Part shown: positions 17,595-31,449 of the stretch, one piece after another | Numbering within the stretch: the stretch's first letter is position 1 | Layout: each line of letters begins with the position of its first letter | Assembly (NCBI RefSeq): GCF_009914755.1 | Contig: NC_060937.1 | Strand: one strand, 5' to 3' | Source: the human T2T-CHM13v2.0 reference genome, Homo sapiens | Length of the DNA: 64,000 bases | Notes under the pieces: model-generated | Seen by the model: the letters and a program-made list of their open reading frames with translations, nothing else | Told to the model about the DNA's origin: nothing | Database searches by the model: none | Translations under genes and position numbers: made by a program

Positions 17595-18472
17595 CTTAGG
17601 TTATTTTCTGTTGTTATAAGAGAATACCACAGACAAGGTAATTTGAAATAAGATAAGTGTATTAAGCACGGTTTTGGAGCAGTAGCCTAAATGATTTGAT
17701 GCTTAAATATTTCTTCAGCCAGATATTCAAGTTTGTTCATATTAAATTCTGCATTCCATAAAGCTTTCAGGTAAAAAACAGTTTGGTCAAATTCCTTTCT
17801 ACTTTATATGAGGTTGGCCCTTGCCTTGGTTTCCAAAACCTTGTTCTTCAGTTCTACTTGAGAACCATCGAAGTCATATTCAATGTCTGTATTTCTATCC
17901 ACATTCTGTTCACAACCACTTAAATTATCTCTAGGAAATTCAGGATTTTCTCTGATCTCTCCTACCAAGCCCTCACCAGAATCACTGTTAACACTTCATT
18001 TACCACAATACAGAATTTTTCTAGCCTGTTCCTCCAAATTCATATGGCTTCTACCCATCACTCATTTTCAAAACGGCTCCCACATTTTTAGGGAATTGTT
18101 ATAGCAACGGCCTTATTTCTCAGAACCAATTTTCTGTTTAGTTTGTTTTTTGTTGCTATAATGAAATATCACAGACTGAGTAATTTATAAAGAAAATACA
18201 TTTATTTAGCATATGATTCTGGAGGCTGAGAAGTCCAAAAACAATGGTAATGGCATCTGGTGAGATTCTTCTTGCTGTGTCCATGGTGGAGGAAATACCA
18301 TGGCAAGAGAGCAAACACAACAGAGATAGAGACAGCACACTTGTATTAAAAAGTCATTCCCATAATAACAAACCCACTTCTATGATAGCAACATTAATCC
18401 ATTCACTAAAGCAGCAGAATTAAGCTCGTGACATATAAACTTTCGAAGGAAACATTAAAATTATAGAAGTAC
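17595..18472 (-). mobile_element. Internally deleted MSTC/MSTD-type MaLR (partial LTR + internal + LTR)
   Basis: LTR start at ~17595, MaLR-internal ~17686-18133 ending ..agaaccaattttc, second LTR ~18134-18472 (ttctggaggctgagaagtcc). Confidence 0.75.
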
Positions 18473-18474
18473 AT

Positions 18475-18845
18475 TCACAAATATAGTTGTGAATTTGTCT
18501 ATTTCTCATTTCAGCTCTGTCAGTTTTTATGTAATGTATTTTGAGACTGTGTCATTTGGTGCATACACAATTAGGATGATTAGACTATACTGATGAATTG
18601 ATACTTTTATCAATACATAATGTCCCTCTCTTTATGTCTCATAATTTATATTGTTCCAAAATCAAATATGTCTGACAATATATAGCCATTCTTGCCTTTG
18701 CTTTTTTAGTTTATTTTAAGTTATGCTTGTAAAGTGTATTAGTTCCCATATATCTGGCTTGAAACTAGGTCATTGCATTTGAAATGAGTTTTTGACATAA
18801 AATAGTTAATTGACATGTTTTTTAACCCAGTTGGTCAATCTTTTA
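18475..18845 (-). mobile_element. Old L1M (L1MC-like) fragment; host sequence resumes at ~24127
   Basis: ttgtgaatttgtctatttctc..tttgagactgtgtcatttggtgcatacac antisense L1M motif. Confidence 0.7.
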
Positions 18846-18849
18846 TTCA

Positions 18850-20187
<1,338 letters not shown>

Positions 20188-20189
20188 AT

Positions 20190-22012
20190 TATTAATAGTT
20201 CATTCTAATACTACTATAAAGAACTACCTGAGACTGGATAATTTATATAAAAGACAAAGAGTTTTAATCAACTCACAGTTCCACAGGCTGTACAGGAGAC
20301 TTGGCTGGGGAGTCCTCAAGAAACTTACAATCATGGTAGACAGGCAAAGATGAAGCAAACATGTCTTCATATGGTTGCAGGAGAGACAGAGAGTGAACAG
20401 GGTAGTGCTACACACTTTTAAACAGCCAGATCTCAAGAGAATGCACTCACTGTCATGAGAACAGCAAGGGAGAAGTCTTCCCCCAGGATCCAATCAACTC
20501 CCACCAGGTACCTCCCACAACACTGGAGATTACAATTCAACAAGAGATTTGGGTCAGGACACAGAGCCAAACCATATCATTCCACACCAGCCTCAAAAGT
20601 CTGAGTCCAAAGTCTCATCCAAGACAAAGCAAGTTCCTTCTGCCTATGAGCCTGTAAAATCAAAACCAAGTTAGTTACTTCCAAGATACAATGAGGGTAC
20701 AGGCATTGGGTAAATGTTCCCATTCCAAATGTGAGAAAGTTGCCAAAACAAGGGGGCAACAGGCCTCATGCAAGTCCAAAACTCAGCGTGACAGTCAATA
20801 AATCTTAAAGCTCCAAAATAATCTCCTTTGACTCCATGTCTCACATCCAGGTAATGCTGATGCAAGAGATGGACTGCGAAGGCCTTGGGCAGCTCCACCC
20901 CTGTGGTTCTGCAGGGTTCAGCCCCCACGGCTGCTTTCATGGGCTGGTGTTGAGTACCTGCGGCTTTTCCAGGTACACAGAGCAAGTTGTCGGTAGACAT
21001 AACATTCTGGGATCTGGAGTATGGTGGCCTTCTTCTCACTACTCCACTAGGCAGTGCCCCAGTGGGGACTCTGTGTGAAGGTTCCAACCCCACATTTCCC
21101 CTCTCCTTTGCCCTATTAGAGGTTCTCCATGAGGGCTCTGTTCCTGAAGCAGACTTCTTCCTGGGCATTTAGGCATTTCATACATCCTCTGAAATATAGG
21201 TGGAGGCTCCCAAACCTCAATCCTTGCCTTCTGTGCACCCACTGGCCCAAAAACATTTGCAAGCCACCAAGGCTTGGGGCTTGCACTCTATGAAGCAAAG
21301 GCCTGAGCTGTACCTTGGCCCCTTTTAGCCATGACTGGAGTGGAACAGCTGTGATGTATGATGCCAAGTCCCAATGCTGCACAGAACAGTGGGGCACTAA
21401 TCCAGGCCCACTGAACCATTTTCCCTCCTAGGCCTCTAGGTCTGTGATGGAAGGGGCTGTCACAAAGTTATCTGAAAAGTCTTGGAGGCATTTTCCCCAT
21501 TTTTTTGGGTATAACATTTCAGCTCCCCTTTGCTTATGCAAATTCCTACAGCCTTCTGGAATTTCTCCCCAGAAAATGGGTTTTTCTTTTCTACCACATG
21601 ACTACGATGCAATTTTTTCAAACTTTTATTCTCTGCTTCCCTTTTAAATATAAGTACCAGTTTCTGTTTATTTCTTTGTTTATGCAAATGGCAATAGGCT
21701 TTAGAAGCAGCCAGGCCACATCTTTAATGCTTTGCTGCTTAGAAATTTCTTCCATGACTTACCCTAAATCATCTCTCTCAAGTTCAAAGTTCCAGAAATC
21801 CCCAGAGAAGGGGCACAATGCTGCCCGTCTCTTTGCTAAAGCATGACCTTCACTCCAGTAAAGAGTGATCTTTACTCCAGTTTCCAATAAGTTCCTAATT
21901 TCCATCTGAGATATCCTCATCCATGACTTCGTTGTCCATATCACTATCAGCATTTTGGTCAAAATGATTCAACCAGTCTCTAGGAAGTTCCAAACATTTC
22001 CTCATCTTCCTG
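20190..22012 (-). mobile_element. MSTA LTR (20190-20579) plus MSTA-internal (20580-22012); second LTR missing
   Basis: LTR ends gacacagagccaaaccatatca; ccacaggctgtacagg MSTA motif; MaLR-internal ORF-like segments at 20671-21962. Confidence 0.9.
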
Positions 22013-24118
22013 ATTGGTCACTGGTGTATTATTTATGTCATTTGGTGAGGTCATGTTTTCTTGGATGATCTTGATGCTTGTGGATATTTTTTCATGTCTG
22101 GGTATTGATGAGTTATGTATTTATCATTGTCTGCACAGTCTAGGCTTGTTTGTGCTCATCCTACTTGGGAAGGCTTTCCAAGTATTCAGAGAGAGTTGAG
22201 TGCTGTGATGTAAGACTTTGTTCACTGCAGCTTTTTTTTTTTGACGTAGCAGGCACCCTATGCTCAGGAATGCTGTGACTCTTACAGACTCATAAAAGTA
22301 CTGTCTTGGTTGTCTTGGGTAAGATCTGGGAGAATTCCCTAGATTACCATGCAAAGACTTTTGTTCTCGACCCTTCCTTTCCCCCAACAAACAAAGTGTC
22401 TCTGTCTGTGCTGAGCTGCCCAGAGATGGTGGAGAGATGACACAAGTCCCCCTGTGACCAACACCACTGGCACTACACTGGGTCAGACCCAAAGCTAGCA
22501 CAGTACTAGGTCATTAACAAGGCCCATGCCAACCACTGCCTGGCTATGTTCTCTCAAGGCCCTAGGGCTCTTCAGTCAGCAAATGATGAATCCAGCTAGG
22601 TTCCTGTCTTTCCCTTAATGGTGGCAAGTTCCTCTTTGGCCCAAGGCAGGTTAAGAAATATCATCTTGGAGTCAGTGCTTGAAATAAAAACCTTAGAACT
22701 TGCCTTGGTGCTCCATTCTACTGTGGCTGAGCAGGCATCCCATCTTCAAAGTCCTTCCCACTCTTCTCTGACCTCTTCTCAAGCAGAAGGAGTCTCTCCC
22801 CTGACCACCACTACCCCATTGTGAATACTGCTGGCTACCACTGATGTTCTCTCAAGGGCTAAGGACTCTTCAATCCACTTATTATAAATTCTGCCAAGCC
22901 TGGGTCTCTCCCATCAGAGAGGTGGGCTGCCCTGTAATCCTTGATGGGTCCAGAAATGCCACCCAGAAGCCAAGTTCTGGAATCGGCAACTCCAGGATCC
23001 CACTTGGCACTCTACTGAACTATGGCCAAGCTGATACTCAAACTGCAAGGCAAAGATTCCTTTACTTTCCACGCTCCTTTCTTCAAGAAGAACGAGTCTC
23101 TCTTCTTGGATGACACAGCTAGAAATGTGCTGGGTCACACCTGAAGCCAACAAAGCCTTGGGTTTTACCCAAGGCCTGTAGTGAATACTGCCTGGCTATC
23201 ACTCATGTTTCTTTAAGTCCCGTGGCCTCTTTAATCTGCAGATGATGAATTATGCCAGGACTGGACTCTTCCTTTCAAGGCAATGGGCTCCCTTCAGGCA
23301 CAATGTGTGTCTAGAACTGTTGTCTGAAAGCTAGGACCTGGAATGGGGGCCTCAGGACTCCGCCTGGTGCCCTTTTCTATTGTGGTTGAGCAGTTATCTG
23401 AGTTGTCAAAGTCCTCTTTACTTTAGCCTCTCCTCTCTTTAAGTTAAAACATGGAGTCTGTTCTGTACCTACGAGTTGTGCTCCCTGGGATCGGGGAGGG
23501 GATGACGCAAGCACTTTTTTGGCTACCTTGGTTGGTGTCTCACCAGGTTGCATATGCCCCAAGTCTACTTGCTCCAAGCCTGGAACAGCACCAGGACTTG
23601 CTTAGGAATTGTAGTCCTGGTGGCCTAGATTGCTTTTTAGATTTATTTAGTACCTCAGAGTGCTTTCGCCTGCAGTGGTAGAGCTAGCCGGAATTTAAGT
23701 TCTGACTACTGGGATGGATAATTCCTCCCTTGCTAGGGCTATTTTCATTGCTTCCTTGGTGGGCACTGGCCAAATTCTGCCCTGTATTGCTTTCTGCTGT
23801 TACAAGGCAGCACTGAGTTCTATAGCAAAGTCCACAATCCCTGCTCTTTCTTTCCCAAGCACACAAATTCTCTCTCCACACCACATGGTTGCTGCCAGGG
23901 GATGGAGGAGGGTTGGTGTAGGCAATTCAAGACTGTCTTTCTTACCCTCGTTGGTGCCTTTTTCATTGATATGATGTGAAAACCAGGTACTGTGGTCACT
24001 TACCTGATCTTTCTGTCTTGTGAAGGTCCTCTATTTGTGTGGATAGTTGTTCAACTTGGTATTCTTGCAGGATGGGAGGAATCACTGGAGGGTGTTATTT
24101 GACTATCTTCCTCTGCCT
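22013..24118 (-). mobile_element. L1MA/L1M1-type 5'UTR and ORF1 start
   Basis: tttggtgaggtcatgttttcttggatg..gggaaggctttccaagtattc; ends in gactatcttcctctgcc (antisense of L1 start ggcggagcaagatgg); three diverged ~300-bp monomers. Confidence 0.8.
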
Positions 24119-24389
24119 TGTAACTCCAATCTTTATTTTTTAATTGGGATATTACACGTTTAGAGGATAGAGATAGAAGAGTATGAGTGACTATAATATG
24201 AAGATCTTTATGTTTTTTTTTATTATTAAACATTTCCTTTATTTTTTTTTTTCATGTCAACATGGCACATCCAGGAAGTAGTACTTGGGAATCACAGGAT
24301 TGGGAGATCTTTAAGATTATTTTCAGCTTACTGATTCTAGATATTTTTGTTTGTTTTTGTGTCTTTTTGTTGTTGTTTATGAAATCAAG

Positions 24390-24666
24390 TTTTTATTATT
24401 TTTTATATATATATTTTTATTATACTTTAAGTTCTAGGGTACATGTGCACGACGTGCAGGTTTGTTACATATGTATACATGTGCCATGTTGGTGTGCTGC
24501 ACCCATTAACTCGTCATTTACATTAGGTATATCTCCTAATGCTATCCCTCCCCCCTCCCCCCACCCCACAACAGGCCCTGGTGTGTGATGTTCCCCTTCC
24601 TGTGTCCAAGTGTTCTCATTGTTCAATTCCCACCTATGAGTGAGAACTCAGCAAACTATCGCAAGA
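24390..24666 (-). mobile_element. Short young L1PA (about L1PA3-4) 3' end with ~20-bp 5' inversion
   Basis: Near-consensus 3'UTR antisense to gagtgagaac, then sense-strand ctcagcaaactatcgcaag. Confidence 0.92.
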
Positions 24667-24959
24667 TCTTTATTAAATGGTTGAGAAGATGAAGATAAAA
24701 ATATTACCAAACATCAGCCATTGAGGTTGCACAGATATGAGTATGATCTGACATCTAAAAGATGCAAACAGAAAGTCTCTGAAGATGCAGTAGTTAACTG
24801 TCAATGTTTAATAGAAAGAAAAATTATATATTATGTGATATGAATTGGTTATAGCTTTCTATAAGTTATTAATGTTAAGAAAGGATGTTTTCTTATAATA
24901 ATGAGGGCAGATCGAAGAATCAATGAAAGATAATAAAATTCAAAAGCAAATTAATTCAC

Positions 24960-25320
24960 TTTTTCCTGCGGACTGTGAGTGTGAAGAAAAATTCTGTAGG
25001 TAAGGATGGTAGCTAGAATGGAAAGTACAGTAATTTTCAGTAATCATGTTTCCGTCTTGTTCTGTAGTTCAAATTGCTAGAATTTAGAATTCTAAATTTA
25101 GATTTTTTTGAAAATGTGTATGCTTTTGAGAAAGAACAAGGAGAGTACCTGAAGAACAGAGGAAATGAAACATTTATTTCATTTGAATGTAGCAGAAGAG
25201 AAAGATAGAAGGAAGAGTGAAAAGATTGGCTGATAGATTTAGTACTAGGAAGCAAACTGATTCTTTCAGTGCTTATATTTTCTAAAAATAGATGGTGAGC
25301 TTATCTGCTGAGCATAAAAA
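24960..25320 (-). mobile_element. L2 fragment
   Basis: tgcttatattttct..gagcttatctgctgag resembles an L2 antisense motif; very diverged. Confidence 0.45.
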
Positions 25321-25483
25321 TGAGGAAAAAAAAGAATTCTTAACTGTGTGGAGAGTACAGCATTTTAGAAATAGTGCACATTTTAAAAAACATACTAACA
25401 TCACTATGACTGCATTGACACTTTTAGTGAATTGTTAAGAAGAACAGCCATGAATTTAAAGAGACATTTTAGTTGAAAAGAAC

Positions 25484-25710
25484 AGTGAAGTATATGAGAT
25501 TTTACCCTGCTTTCACAGTAACAAGTTAATCTGTCATATTTTCATAGGCGATAGCAGAAAATGTGAAAAACTTGGGTCAGATACAACAGTTTATTAATCA
25601 CAACAACAACAGTAGTCAGAATATCAGTATTTGTGCTTGTTCTACATGATACAGATCCACAGGGCAAGGCAAATAGGACAATCTGATACCTGCACAGGGC
25701 TGAAATAAAA
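25484..25710 (-). mobile_element. ERVL LTR fragment (MER54/MER74-group)
   Basis: gagattttaccctgct..taacaagtta..ctgtca..tttcat..gggtcagatacaa..tttatta motif. Confidence 0.6.
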
Positions 25711-26339
25711 GAGTAGAACCACATGCTTTGGAATTTTTTTTTAATAATAGGTAGTTAATCAGTTTGACATTTGCCCAGAGGGTAATTATCTTTATAATAC
25801 TAGACAATGCACAAACACCTTTTGCTGTGTAATTATCCTCATAAAATAGTTTGGAAGAAAGAAAGGCACTGCTTCTACTCATAAGGCATGCAGAAACATG
25901 AGAGACATGTGCTTGCAATTAGGTCAAATGAACTTCCCATGCTTTTAGCCTACCCAGTGCTCTAACTGTAAAAAGTAATCTAAATATACATTCAAATAAA
26001 TTATATCTCAATAAACTGATGGTTAAAAGCACTTGGCAAAGGTTGCTTCTAGGAATAAGGCACAGAGCATTGTAGAAATATTTCCTCAGTTTTATAATTA
26101 GGACACAGAATGGATAGTTTAGAAAAAAAAACGGACCATTTTAAAGAAAAAAAATTCAATTGTATCTGGATGACAACTGTGGTCAGCCCATATGTGTGGG
26201 CTATTTTATATATATAACACATATGTAATTTATATATTAATATATTATATGTAATATATATGTGAGTAAGCACTGTAACATTGGACTTGAAGTCTTAGGT
26301 GCATGTATGGTAGTTTTTATTATTTCTGCATAATTTTTG

Positions 26340-26860
26340 CAATTATTTGTTTCTCCTTACCCTTTCTATGCTTGCCCATCTCATTGACTCTGCAGCTTGG
26401 CTATGTGAACTGTGCTGAACAGCAGTATATAAGCAGATATGACATTTGCCATTTTTTAACGGAAGATATGTGTTTTAAATAGCTTGTTTGAGGCACTCAT
26501 TCAGTTATTCTGTATTATAACAGCATGTCTCACATGGAGAAATCCCCTTCGGCCTGGATTGTAAAATAAACATTAGAAGATGCATAAAGTTCAACCTGGC
26601 CAAGAAAACTAGGGTCAAATTTAGTCCAGTGAAACCAAGTTGAGCCTGAGCAATCTGAACTAAGCCAAATCAGGCTGAAGGCCAGGAAAACACATCAGAG
26701 TCACAACTATTCCACTACAGTCATGAAGGTTAGATTAAATATATATATTTCTTCAAATTTCTCTCTCTCTCTCTGTCTATATATATATACATATATATAT
26801 GTATATATATACTCAATGAGACAAGATTTTTTGTTATACAGCATCAAATGGTCAAAGCTA
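26340..26860 (+). mobile_element. Old MLT1 (I/J-like) LTR with internal (CT)n(TA)n
   Basis: cccatctcattgact..gcttggctatgtga..gcagatatgacat motifs; ends ttgttatacagcat. Confidence 0.55.
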
Positions 26861-26994
26861 ATACAATGTTCATAAATTCATTATGAAAAAGTGAAAAGAA
26901 GCTAATATATAGAGTGGTATTCATGAAGTTCAAACGTGTATTATTAGATATCATTCTGTAACAGTTGGAAAAATGCCATTCATAGTAATTACAA

Positions 26995-27140
26995 ATTCTA
27001 GGGTTTGGTCTATGCCCTTCCATTAACATGCAGTGAACTTCAGAAAGTCAGTTTATTTCTAATATATGTTTTTCATTTATGATATGGGAGAGTTCTAAAA
27101 CTGAGTTCTAAGTGTTCTACCCTATCTTAAAATTTTCTGA
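26995..27140 (+). mobile_element. MIR fragment
   Basis: Degenerate MIR core (gtgaactt..aagtca..tttt.cattt.t.a.atggg). Confidence 0.45.
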
Positions 27141-27187
27141 TCCTTTGTACTAAGAAGTGGCTTAAGAATACAGACTTTGTCAAGGGC

Positions 27188-27310
27188 TGTGAAAGGCTGC
27201 ATATTTTGACCCTACTTATAAGCTAATAAGATAGGTTGTCACAGTTTTGTTGATACTGATGCAATATAAGAGACTCCTGGGATAGAAACAAATGATAATT
27301 TATTATTCTT
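27188..27310 (-). mobile_element. ERVL LTR fragment (MER54/MER74-group), second copy
   Basis: tgtgaaagg..ttttgaccctactt.taagctaataag..gagactcctggg motif. Confidence 0.6.
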
Positions 27311-27717
27311 CCCCAGGGTGATATAAAGAAGACGAGGCTGGCAGGGGATTTTGTGACAAAGAGAAAACCTAAGCTTAGAAAACCTAATTTAAAGAAAAAA
27401 ATTATAATCAGAAATAAGCATGCTTCCCCAAAGAGAAACCTTATTTTGATCTTCAAAGGCTTTCACTACACAAACATCATTGGAAGATAGGGCAGAAAAA
27501 TGCAGCCAGTGCCTCTGCTCAAAAGATAGGCAGAAATGTGAGACCCATACAGAATTGTCTCCAGGCAGACTTAGGCAAAAAATATTCATGGTATTAATAT
27601 TGTTAGTATATTAGTATATAGAATGAGTTTTAATTAATACTAAATACATGGAATAACTTTTAATGTAAAACCGTGTCTGCATTTATGTTGTGTAAAATAT
27701 CTACTACTAAAATACAC

Positions 27718-27840
27718 TATTTAATTCAGTTCTGTCTGTATTTATTGTGAGTGGGTGCCTAGCGTACCCTTGAGCTACAAGGAATAGAAAATGAGTATAA
27801 GATATAGCCTGAATTCTCTCAAGAGGTAACAAGTAATATG
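27718..27840 (-). mobile_element. L2 3'-end fragment
   Basis: tatttattg.gagtg..gaata.aaaatgagta.aagatatagcc..ctctcaagag. Confidence 0.5.
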
Positions 27841-28125
27841 TACTGAACATAGTAGTTGGGAAAATGTAATTATGTGTCAAACACATTTTCCAAATAGATA
27901 CTAAAGAAAAACAGGGGGAAAAAAACGACATAATGTCTTTGACTAACCAGAAGAAAAGAAAGGAAAGAATTAAGTCAGGCAATAATGGTGATTAGAGTTC
28001 TACACAGTTAGACAGGAAGATGACCTCAGAATACCACATAATTTCATCACTATGTCCTGGGATATGAATCAGAATATCAGTCTGGGGTCTTGAGCATTAG
28101 TAATTGAGTCTCACAGAAACCCTTT

Positions 28126-28419
28126 TTTTTCTCTTTGAGACAGAGTCTCACTCTGTTGCCCAGGCTGGAGTGCAGTGTGGCAAGATCTTGGCTCACTGCA
28201 ACTTCCACCTCCCAGGTTCAAGAGATTCTCCTGCCTCACCCTCCTGAGTAGCTGGGATTACAGGCACCCACCACTACGCCAAGCTAATTTTTTATATTTT
28301 TAGTAAAGATGGGGTTTCACCATGTTGGCCAGGCTGGTCTCCAACTCCTGACTTGGTGATTCTCCCGCCTCAGCCTCCGAAAGAGCTAGGATTACAGATG
28401 TGAGCCACTGGGTCCGGCC
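28126..28419 (-). mobile_element. AluS inserted in a MIR
   Basis: Full Alu; perfect 14-bp TSD cacagaaacccttt at 28112-28125 and 28420-28433; MIR core (agaaactgaag..aatgacttg) follows. Confidence 0.95.
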
Positions 28420-28799
28420 CACAGAAACCCTTTAAGACAGACATCTAAAAAGCATTTTTGCTCCTATTGTATATGTAGAAACTGAAGTTCCAATGGGCAA
28501 AATGACTTGTTAGGGGTGATACAACTGTCGAGCCCAGAAACAGGCCTTTATCTTATGTTCACTATTTTCTAATCTCTTATTATTTTGAAATAACCACACC
28601 CATTTCTAACAATAAATAAGAAAGTCGTTTTGAAGCCCTGAAAAATTAAAATTGCATATTTTGTCATGTATAGTCATTTGTAATTAATACATGAAAACTT
28701 TACCAAAATACTAAAAACAGACAACTGACTTTAAAACAGTTGATGGAGAAGATCTGGAGGTGAGATTACCAGCTAAATATAATTAGAGAGACTGCAGGC

Positions 28800-28842
28800 G
28801 TGGTGTGTGTGTGTGTGGGTGTGTGGGTGTGTATATGTGTGT
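28800..28842 (+). repeat. (TG)n imperfect microsatellite
   Basis: Direct sequence. Confidence 0.85.
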
Positions 28843-29341
28843 CTCCTGTGAGATCTATACCCTCTTACCTTCTTTTGTTTCTGTTTTTGCTCTATTTCAA
28901 CAATCCTGAATATACAAACTGTGTTTGTATCATAGCGGAAGTATTTAATTTGCATTATGTTTTAACTAGGATATATTTTCTTCCATTGACCGAGCAAGTT
29001 GATGGTTAAGTGTGGATTTGGGGATGCCTATTTAATGTATTCATGGCCACATTAAAATGTACTGTCACTTAATAAAAATAATGAGACTTTTTTCTTAAAT
29101 GGTTTCAAAGTGCTTTATTTTAGAATTTGTATGTGTTTTTGGATTTCTATTTCAATGTAAATCATCACAGGTTTTTCTTTCATATTTTGTAATTTAATGT
29201 GCCGGAAAGGAAATTGTGCATACCCTGTATATCAGGAACATCTCATTAAATCTGAGAAAACTGAGCCAGCATTAGATTTTAAATATTGTACTGTAAGACT
29301 AAATACCACAATTTTCTTTATTTCCTTCTTTCCTTACATCA

Positions 29342-29730
29342 TTTCTTCATTTTCTTCTCTTTCCTTCTGCCTTCTTTTCTTCTTTCTCCCTTCCTCCCTC
29401 CCTCTCTTCCTTCCTTTCTCCTCCTCCCCCCCTCCCTCCCTCCCTCCCTTCCTTCCTTCCTTCTTTCCTTCTGTCCTTCCTTCCTTCTCCTCCCCCTCCC
29501 TCCCCCTTCCTTCCTTCTTTCCTTCCTTCCTTCCTTGTTTCCTTCCTTCCTCCTTCCCTCCCTTCCTTGCTTCCTTCCTCCTCCTCCCCCTCCCTCCTTC
29601 CCTTCCTTCCTTCCTCCTCCTCCCACTCCCTCCTTCCCTCCCTTCCTTCCTTCTCCTCTCCCTTCCTCCCTTCCTCCCTTCCTTCCTCCCATTCTCTCTT
29701 TCTCTCTCTTTCTTTCTTTTCTTTCTTTCC
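29342..29730 (+). repeat. ~390-bp polypyrimidine (CCTT/CCCT/CT) tract
   Basis: Nearly purine-free; source of ORFs at 29197-29758. Confidence 0.95.
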
Positions 29731-30050
29731 TATAGAATATGAGTAAAATGGGGATCATGACTCTATTATATTAAATACATATTTTAAGGCAGTAAAAATG
29801 ATGTATCATTTAACTTTGTGACTATATGAACTACCGCATGGATATATTGATAAAAGTTTGCAAGCTTGCGTTTTAATCAATGCTTTGCTTATGCAATGTC
29901 AACGTTCTGACAATTTTCAAGTTATGAATAACTATGGTGAAAGTTACTAAATTAATCACAAGATACATTCTTAATAAATTTGTACCTAATATTATGAGTA
30001 ATATATTTAATGTATAAACTTAAATTTAAAAGCCAGATGCACTTACAGTG

Positions 30051-30680
30051 TAAATATATGTGAATTAATATTTTTAGATAATTCATGAAAATATTATTTG
30101 AAATTAGGTAAATATGTGTATGTATTAGGGTTCCCTAGAAGGACAGAACTAATAGGATAGATGTGTATATAAAGGGGAGTTTATTAAGGGTTATTGACTC
30201 ACACGATCACAAGGCGAGGTCCCACAATAGGTCATCTGCGAGCTGAGGAGCAAGGAAGCCAGTCCGAGTCCCAAAGCTGAAGAACTTGGAGTCTGATGTT
30301 TGAGGGCAGGAAGTGCCCAGCACGGGAGAAAGATTTAGGCCAGAAGACAAAACCAGTCTAGTCTTCCCACGTTCTTCTGCTTGCTTTTATTCTGGCCTCG
30401 CAGGCAGCTGATTAGATTGTGCCCACCTAGGCTGAGGGTGGGTCTGCCTTTCCCAGTCCAATGACTCAAATGTTAATCTCCTTTGGCAACACCCTCACAG
30501 ACACACCTAAGATCAATACTTTGCATCAATCAATCCGATCAAGTTGACACATAATATTAACCATCACAATGTGGTTTAATATTTTTAGATAATTCCAGAA
30601 AATGTTATTTTAAGTTTAGATAAATACATGTGGTTTAATATTTTTAGGTAATTCCAGAAAAATATTATTTTAAATTTGAA
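30051..30680 (+). repeat. Three-copy ~59-bp AT-rich tandem repeat split by an MLT2A LTR
   Basis: Units taaata..atgtg..ttaatatttttag.taattc..gaaaa..ttattt at 30051, 30109/30569 and 30621. Confidence 0.85.
30121..30568 (-). mobile_element. MLT2A (HERV-L) solo LTR
   Basis: tgtattagggtt..agaactaatagg ... caagttgacac..attaaccatcaca; candidate TSD atgtg (30114-30118 / 30569-30573). Confidence 0.95.
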
Positions 30681-31449
30681 TGTCAGACTTAATTAGGAAA
30701 GTCTTTAAAGCTACAGAGATTGATTGTGGAGTTATTCTTACAACTTTTTTTTCATAAAAATATTCATTTAACAAAATGTTGTTGGAAAATAAATCATAAA
30801 AAAGTTGGCAGGAAAACAGCTTTAGTAGAAAATTTTACTCTAAGGACAACATTTCCATATGTTTAATTAAAGTTGCAGCCACTGACATTTCTGTTTTTAT
30901 AATTTAACTATATAAAAGTATGTATCCATGTGTGCCCAAACTCCATTAAAGGTGGTCATTTCCTGTATACCATATGCAACTGTGTTGTTTTAAGTGTGTG
31001 TGTATGGGCAGTGCAATTTATAATTTACATTTTGAAAACAATATAATAAAATAAAATATGAAAAATTATCCTGATAATAGAAAAATAAACATATTTACTT
31101 GTAATTAAGACACTCTGGATCAGTAGCAATTAGCAGAGTAGTATGATTTTTCTAATTATTTTGTTTAATGTAAGGACAAAATTAAGATAAAGACAATATG
31201 CTTTCAAAATGATTCTTAATTCAGGTTTTTCAGCAAGACGCATCAAAATTTTTTTCCCCAGATTGTACAGATTGGTGAATCTTTGCTTAAATATTAAGCA
31301 TGTGGTATTTTTTTCTTCTTGATTCTTTGTTGTAGACAAATTCATACTTGTGCAATGAGTACCAGAAAAGAACTGTGGCCTGTGGCTATTGATTTTAAAA
31401 CTTTAATCTAACATGAGTATTTTAGTAAAGTTAATAATTATTATTAATT

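Noticed and set aside
20577-21962. Cluster of overlapping ORFs up to 165 aa
   Set aside because: MSTA-internal sequence with frameshifts; not a host gene.
25484-27310. Two same-strand MER54/74-like LTR fragments as ends of one provirus
   Set aside because: The intervening DNA contains MLT1 and MIR-like pieces and no retroviral motifs that I can see; more likely independent insertions.
29197-29758. 139-181 aa ORFs on both strands
   Set aside because: Stop-free only because they cross a CT/GA low-complexity tract; same for 843-1106.
30051-30680. Spaced direct repeats as a CRISPR-like array
   Set aside because: Eukaryotic DNA, contiguous degenerate tandem units, no spacers and no cas genes.
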